From Candidatus Xenobia bacterium (GTDB lineage: Bacteria > Vulcanimicrobiota > Xenobia > Xenobiales > QWHO01), in the NCBI GenBank assembly GCA_045863235.1, contig BTUM01000039.1, positions 1 to 64,000 of the forward strand: a DNA stretch of 64,000 nucleotides, written 5' to 3'. A model generated the notes under the pieces. The model had not been told where the DNA came from. It searched no databases and saw only the letters and a list, made by a program, of their open reading frames with translations. Shown piece after piece: positions 58,325-64,000 of this stretch. The stretch's first letter is position 1, and the number at the start of each line of letters is the position of its first letter. A program made the translations under genes and the position numbers.

Positions 58325-60196
58325 GGTTTTAGCTCCCGAGCCAGCAGATAGGCCACCGTGTAGATCGTCTGCATCGGATTCACCCCCACCGAGGCGGGGA
58401 AAATGCTCGCGTCCAATACGTACAGATCGGGGTGCCCGAGCACCTGACCGTGGGCGTCCACCACCTGCCCGATCTTGCAGGTTGCCTGGATGTGCGCTGA
58501 AGACAGCAGCGTCTTCCCGGGCACGAACTGCAGCCGCTCCTCCACCATCCGGGCCTGCTCCTCGCTCTCGAGCAGCCAGGGCACTTCCGTGGTCGGCAGG
58601 ATCACCTTCGTGGCCCCGGCTCGGAAGTGAATCCGCACCGCCTGCGCCACCCCCCGCGCCAGCCTGCGCCGATCCTCGGAAGACAGCGAGTACTCCACCG
58701 TCCCATCGGCCAGCACGCGATTGGAATTCGAGACCTCGTCCACCAGCATCACCCCGAAGCCCGCCATCCGGGGATACTCCCGCATCAGCTCGTGCACCTG
58801 ACCCGGGATCAGGTTGGCCACATATTCCGGTCCCCCGCTCATCGCTTCCAGCAACGTGAACTCGTCGTTCTCCACGTAGACCGAGGCGGGCGTCCCTTTC
58901 CAGTTCTCGATCAATCCGGGGTAGATCCCGATCAACGGTATCGAGGGGTGCAGCACCACCCCCGACCCCGCCTCGATGCCGCTGCGTTGCAGGAGCACGG
59001 CTGTCCCCAGGGCCCCCGCGCACAACACGACCTTGCGCGCCTTCAGCCGGTAGCATCCTCCAGCCGGCAGCCCGAGTCCCGCTGGGTCCTTCCAGGCGTA
59101 AGGCCAGGGCGTCCGCGTCGTCAGCTCGAGCTGCCCGTCGACCACGCGGGTCACTTCGGTATCGCTCAGCAGTCCCACCCCCGAGCGCAGAGCCGGCAGC
59201 AGCAGGCACTCGACCGGCGAGCGTTTGTCCGTGACCGGGTCGGGTGACCGGCCGGGGGGCCAGGTGTTCAGCGCGTAGAGCGAGGGCTTCAACCCCACTG
59301 CCTCGGCGCCACGGTAGAGCACCGCGTTGTTCTCATTCATCTCCTGCAACGAAAGCGTCCGGGTCCCCAGCTGAGACACCACCCAGGCGTAGCCCTCCGC
59401 CAGGGGCAGCTCCAGTCCCCACCTGTCGAAACGCTTCTGCACGCGAGGCAGGGTCGGAGCGAAAGCCAGGTCCACGTTGACCGTGGCGCCCCCTCCGACG
59501 CCCCGACCGCGTTGCACATAGACCGACCCGTTGCGCGTAAAGTGGGCCTCTTTGAAGGCCGGCACCCGGCGGGCGTCCAGGCTGCCCGGCACCGGCATCG
59601 ACCCCGCCTCTACCACCACCACCCGATACCCCCGAAGGCTCAGGACGCGGGCAGCCACGCAGCCCGCCGGCCCGCTGCCCACGATGGCAAAGTCGATGGG
59701 ACCGTCCACTCGCACCACTTCATCCCCCTGCAGGGCCAGCACGCGCGGCAGCGGGGGAGGGGCGGGCGCACTCACGACCGCGGGGGCCTGGATCGGCGCC
59801 CCCGCTCGCGCCCGGCCCGCAGGAGTGGAGTAGTAGGCCCCCAGGTACAGCCGCCGCAGCGCAACCGGGTCGCCCTTCTCCAGCAGCCCGCTGTCCCGAG
59901 CGACAGGCCAGAGGGCCTCCTCCTGCGAGGTATCGGGCAGATACTCCAGGACCAGGCGATGGTGAAGCTCGCGCGTCTCTTGAGCCCCGGCCGGGACCAG
60001 CAAGACGAGGAGGATGAGCAGCCAGCGAACCATCTTCACATTCTGGGGCAGGGGGCGGAAAGAAAGCTGGAAAGCTCAGGCTTTCAAGGCGAGGGAACGC
60101 CCTCTACGCAGGCTCGCGCGAGGACGTAGCCTGCTCGCGCGGGTCGATAGCCCCGCGCGAGTTGTCTACGCGGGCACGGGCGCGGATGGGCCTGGC

Positions 60197-60226
60197 TTGC
60201 CGAGTATAACATCACAATGTTATACT
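60197..60226 (+). promoter_or_regulatory. Promoter with palindromic operator
   Basis: TTGCCG-18 bp-TATACT; AGTATAACAT-caca-ATGTTATACT (60203-60226) spans the spacer and -10. Confidence 0.7.
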
Positions 60227-60236
60227 TTGATCAATC

Positions 60237-61550
60237 ATGCTACATTCTGATGGGCTAAGCGAGATTCTCCAGTCATACAACCCCTGGTGGCAGACCGGCA
60301 CCTTTGCAATCCCGGGGTATCCCTGTCGTCGCTCCCTGCAGCAGGTCGCCCTCGAGCACGTCCAGGAGGAGCCGCGGCGGGCGCTTCTGATTCGCGGTCC
60401 GCGCCAGGTCGGCAAGACCGTGCTCTTGCTGCAGGTCGCCGAAGACCTGCTCCGAGCGGGGTTCCCGGCCTCGAGGCTGCTCTATTTTCGCTTCGACGAC
60501 GAGAGACTCCCGGCCGGAGTCTCGCTTCGCACGATACTGAGCCGATTTGAGCCGGCGGATGAGACCCACCCGGTGGTCTGTCTCCTGGACGAATTGACGG
60601 GAGCCGAGGAGTGGTCCCGGGGACTCAAGCTGGCCGTCGACCGGGGGGGCTACCGGGTGCTGGCCACCGACTCGTCGGCTCGATTGTTGCGACTGGGCAG
60701 ACAGGAATCAGGCGTGGGCCGCTGGGACGAGCTGGAGATGGAGACGCTGACTTTTCGCGAGGCTCTCACCTTTCAGGCGCGTCCGGGAGAGACCCCCGAG
60801 TCGGTGCTCAGGCGTAGCTCGGGCGTTCTGTACCGCTTCTTGCGAGCCGGCGGCTTTCCCGAGCACCTCTTGAGCGAGGACCTGCGCCGGGTGGATGAGC
60901 GTCTGCGAAGCGACGTATCCGACCGGGTGATCGGGCGCGACCTGATCGGCTACGATGTGGCCCGGGTTCAGCGACTGTTTGCTTACCTGGCCCGTACCTC
61001 CGGGGGCCTGGTGAGTTACGCCGGGTTGGCCGGCGAGTTGGAGGCCGATCAGCGCAGCGTCAAGGACTGGATCGGCGCGCTCATCCAGTCCATGCTGACC
61101 TTCCCTCTCGAGCGCCTGGCCACGCGCGCCTCACAATCATTGCGCGAGCGGCGCAAGCTTTACGTCGCCGACCCCGGACTGGTGTGCGCCTTCTCGACCG
61201 CGCCCGACCCCCTGGCCAGCGGGGAGGTGCTCGGGCGCGCCCTGGAGACCCTGGTCTTCAGAGAGCTTCGCGAGCTCTGCCGCAGGGAAGGTGGTCAGCT
61301 CTCCTTCTATCGCGACGCCAAAGGCCAGGAGGTCGACTTTGTCTGGGACGGGCCCCGGGGAGTCGCCCTGCTCGAGGTCGGAAGCCGCTATCGAGCCGAG
61401 AAGGCCGCTCGGCTCGACAGCCTGCGCGCCAAGCTCAAAGCTCGGGTTGCCTGCCAGCTCCATCCCGGGCCCCTCCGGGACGGACCGCGCTCGCGCACTC
61501 TGGAAGAGCTCTTCCTGGCTCCGGACTCCCTCTGGGAGGGCGCACCTTGA
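60237..61550 (+). CDS. AAA+ ATPase (AAA_14 plus DUF4143)
   Basis: YNPWW, GPRQVGKT, LLDE, GGFPE, KLYVADPGL and EVDFV motifs. Confidence 0.92.
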   Translation: MLHSDGLSEILQSYNPWWQTGTFAIPGYPCRRSLQQVALEHVQEEPRRALLIRGPRQVGKTVLLLQVAEDLLRAGFPASRLLYFRFDDERLPAGVSLRTILSRFEPADETHPVVCLLDELTGAEEWSRGLKLAVDRGGYRVLATDSSARLLRLGRQESGVGRWDELEMETLTFREALTFQARPGETPESVLRRSSGVLYRFLRAGGFPEHLLSEDLRRVDERLRSDVSDRVIGRDLIGYDVARVQRLFAYLARTSGGLVSYAGLAGELEADQRSVKDWIGALIQSMLTFPLERLATRASQSLRERRKLYVADPGLVCAFSTAPDPLASGEVLGRALETLVFRELRELCRREGGQLSFYRDAKGQEVDFVWDGPRGVALLEVGSRYRAEKAARLDSLRAKLKARVACQLHPGPLRDGPRSRTLEELFLAPDSLWEGAP

Positions 61551-62662
61551 GCGAGTTGCCGCTGGGTCAGAGCGAAAGCTCAAAGCTGGAGTTCAAGTCG
61601 GGCGAGGTCTTGAAGGACCCGAGTAAGGTTGGCCGGGAGGTCGTGGCCTTCTTGAATGCGGCCGGGGGGGTTCTCTGGGTGGGCCTGGAGGAGGAGCAGT
61701 CCAGAGCCGTGCGCGTTTCGCCCCTTCCCGATCCGGAGCAGGCCCGAAGGAGGCTGCTCGATTACCTTGTGGACACGGTCGAGCCCACCTTGAACGACAC
61801 CGAGCTCAGGAGCCGGGTCGTCGAGGGAGCGATCCGGCTCGAGCTGAGGCCCGGAAAGGAGCGGGGACCGTACTGCCTGCTCGGCCGAGACGGCCGGCTC
61901 TTTGTCAAGCGGGTCGATGCGCGCACTCGCCCCATGACCCGCGAGGAGATCAGGGACGGTTTTCGAGGCCCGGGTGCCGCCGAAGAGTCCTGGACCAGCC
62001 GCTTGAGCAAGGAGCGCAAGAAGTGCCAGGGGGAGATGCTGTGGCTGGGATTTCTTCCCCGGCCCGAACTCGAGCTTGACCTCGATGAAGTGGAAGGGCT
62101 GCTCCGCGACCCGGCCCGCACCGGCAACCGCCGGGACGGCTGGAGCTTCGCCAACGAGTATGGCGAAGTTCGTCGCCGCAAGGAACGCCTCGAGAAGGTG
62201 GGCGAGGAGGATTGGCGACTCGAGGTGCATCGCTCGGGTCTGATCGCGCTTCGTCTCCCACTCGTGCACCTCTACCGTCAGGGCCCGGAGCGAACCTTCT
62301 GGCCCCCGGCCCTGCTCGAGCACCCGACCTCAGTCTTCCGGCTGGCCAGGACGGTCTATGGCCCCCACGAGCCCGAGGAGGTCGCCGTGGATCTGGCTTT
62401 GCTGGGCGTGGCCGGATGGACGCTTCGCCCTTATACGGTGAGCAGCATCCGGTTTCAGGTGGGGGATGTGGCCCCCTTTTACGAGGAGCAGGACCTGATC
62501 TGGTCGCGGCCCCTCCTCTACAGCTGGAGCGAGCTCGAGCAGAATCCCGACCGCTGCGCGTACCGCTGGATCCGACTGGTGTATGCGGCCTTCGGATACA
62601 CCGAGAGCCAGATTCCGGTTGAGTTTCACCCTGAGCGTGGGCTCAGCTTTACCAGGCGGTAA
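61547..62662 (+). CDS. AlbA_2/Schlafen-domain protein with an unrecognised C-terminal domain
   Basis: ESSKLEFKS, VVAFLNAAGGVLWVG and R....TRPMT.EEI motifs; TTG overlaps the ATPase stop (TTGA). Confidence 0.85.
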   Translation: MSELPLGQSESSKLEFKSGEVLKDPSKVGREVVAFLNAAGGVLWVGLEEEQSRAVRVSPLPDPEQARRRLLDYLVDTVEPTLNDTELRSRVVEGAIRLELRPGKERGPYCLLGRDGRLFVKRVDARTRPMTREEIRDGFRGPGAAEESWTSRLSKERKKCQGEMLWLGFLPRPELELDLDEVEGLLRDPARTGNRRDGWSFANEYGEVRRRKERLEKVGEEDWRLEVHRSGLIALRLPLVHLYRQGPERTFWPPALLEHPTSVFRLARTVYGPHEPEEVAVDLALLGVAGWTLRPYTVSSIRFQVGDVAPFYEEQDLIWSRPLLYSWSELEQNPDRCAYRWIRLVYAAFGYTESQIPVEFHPERGLSFTRR

Positions 62663-63009
62663 GTCGCTAGCGCTGCGCAAGCCCCTGCGTCAAGGCCTCG
62701 GGCGTGAGCCCGGCCTGAGGCTCAATCAGCAACCGGCAACCTCGGGTGGGTTCAGGACCTCCAGAGTCAGCACCTGGAGGACGCGCTGACCTGGTCGTTC
62801 TGCAAGTTCAGGATCGAGGCGACAAATTGCCAGGCCTCCGCTACCCCTGGAGACACGCCCGTCGAATCGAACCTCCCTCGAGCATCGGCTCAATCATGGG
62901 AGAACCCACGTCGAGTCGACGACGCTGGCAACTCCCTTCATTGCTGGAATCGGAAGTCCCGGCGGCGCGCGCGATGGTTCCTGAACAGGGCTACAGCCAG
63001 GCTCGTCGG

Positions 63010-64000
63010 TCAGGAGACCGCTCGCCAGGCCTTCCCGCCGATCCGGGTCTCGTCTCGGAACACCCGGTAAGCCTGCCCCCCTCGGATGCCGACCTCCCAG
63101 AGAATGCTCCCCTGCTCCTCGCGGCGGGCCTTCATCGTGCCCCCGTGCAGGTGACCCTGGTGGTGCACGTCGCACACGCCGGCCAGGTTGGCGTCCTCGT
63201 TGCCTCCACCGTGGGAGCGAAACTCCAGGTGGTGCTGGTGCAGAAAGGCTCGCCGGGTGCAGCCCGGCACCTGGCAGCGGTAGTCGCAGGCTTCCATGAT
63301 GCGCCGCGTGCGCGCCCTCATCTGTCGGTCGGCCTTCTGCCATGTCGCCATGAAGCCGGCCAGGAACATCCGCAGCGCCGCCGAGCAATCGCTTGCCCCG
63401 TGGGACCGGGCCGCCGCCTCGGCCGCCTCGAGCACCGGCAGCACCTCGGAGGGCACCTTCACCTGCAGACTGACCGTCCGCTCTCCGCCGCGGCGATCCG
63501 TCAACGTTGGAAGCCAGGCCATGGCTCGACCGATGGCCAGGCTCAACGGGCCGCCGAGCCCCGGAACCAGCACCGGCCTCCAGTCACGGCGGGCTTTGAG
63601 CCGGATGGCCGCCGGCCGCTCTTTGGGCGGAGCGTAGCCCGAAAGCCGGAACGACTCGCGGTCGGCCTCGGCCAGATCGCAGCAGGCCTTCGCCACCGCC
63701 TCGAGGTGACGGCAGGTGGTCGACTCGGCAAACTCCACCCAGGCCCCATCGAAGCTGTCGTGCACTTCGGCCAGAACCGGGAAGAGCCGGTCCGCCTGCG
63801 ACAGCGTCAGGCGCCCTTCCCGCACCGCATCGTACACCAGCGGGTGGTGCAGGAACCCTCGCTCGCGAGCGATCATCCGGTGCACCGAGCTCGAGGACAG
63901 GCCCAGCCGCTCCAGCGCGTAGTGCTTGAGCCCCGCGAACCCCGCGTCGCGCCACAGGCTCATCCGGTCGAAGGTGAACAGCATCCGCCCCAGGTCGAGC
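63010..64000 (-). CDS. HNH endonuclease (DUF222-associated style); 5' part off-window
   Basis: CQVPGC...HHLEFRSHGG.N...NL..VCDVHH motif; frame is open to the window edge. Confidence 0.85.
   Translation of the reverse strand, partial: LDLGRMLFTFDRMSLWRDAGFAGLKHYALERLGLSSSSVHRMIARERGFLHHPLVYDAVREGRLTLSQADRLFPVLAEVHDSFDGAWVEFAESTTCRHLEAVAKACCDLAEADRESFRLSGYAPPKERPAAIRLKARRDWRPVLVPGLGGPLSLAIGRAMAWLPTLTDRRGGERTVSLQVKVPSEVLPVLEAAEAAARSHGASDCSAALRMFLAGFMATWQKADRQMRARTRRIMEACDYRCQVPGCTRRAFLHQHHLEFRSHGGGNEDANLAGVCDVHHQGHLHGGTMKARREEQGSILWEVGIRGGQAYRVFRDETRIGGKAWRAVS

Noticed and set aside
61184..61546. Upstream extension of the AlbA_2 ORF (492 aa)
   Set aside because: It overlaps the ATPase in another frame; the domain begins at TTG 61547.

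Overview
GC-rich bacterial chromosomal window with a mostly housekeeping backbone: lysAC fusion, SMUG1-type UDG, UbiD, trxA, stand-alone rplJ-rplL with L10 leader, pncB, ileS type 2, murE-murF, glycosyltransferases and a hybrid kinase/REC/PilZ operon. It opens inside a CRISPR array (45 intact 36-bp repeats plus a degenerate terminal repeat, type I-G/I-U-like). No cas genes are in the window; they presumably lie before position 1. The array is followed by an MNT antitoxin and what looks like an internally deleted HEPN partner. Other accessory loci are a MazF/PemK toxin-antitoxin cassette bracketed by a duplication of the neighbouring gene's 5' end, a ZU5-type lipoprotein, a five-gene UGT/cupin/ALDH/saccharopine-DH/ALDH operon and, at the right edge, an AAA+(DUF4143)-AlbA_2/Schlafen pair facing a truncated HNH gene. 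The best candidates for undescribed systems are (1) a membrane Ser/Thr kinase-class III cyclase with non-canonical specificity and catalytic residues, translationally coupled to a NUDIX hydrolase, (2) the operator-controlled ATPase-Schlafen pair, (3) the UGT-containing amine/aldehyde operon, and (4) a repeat- and palindrome-rich 650-bp region upstream of a TPR gene with a transposase-like N-terminus. All calls are from by-eye motif recognition; no searches were run. No tRNA or rRNA genes were seen.
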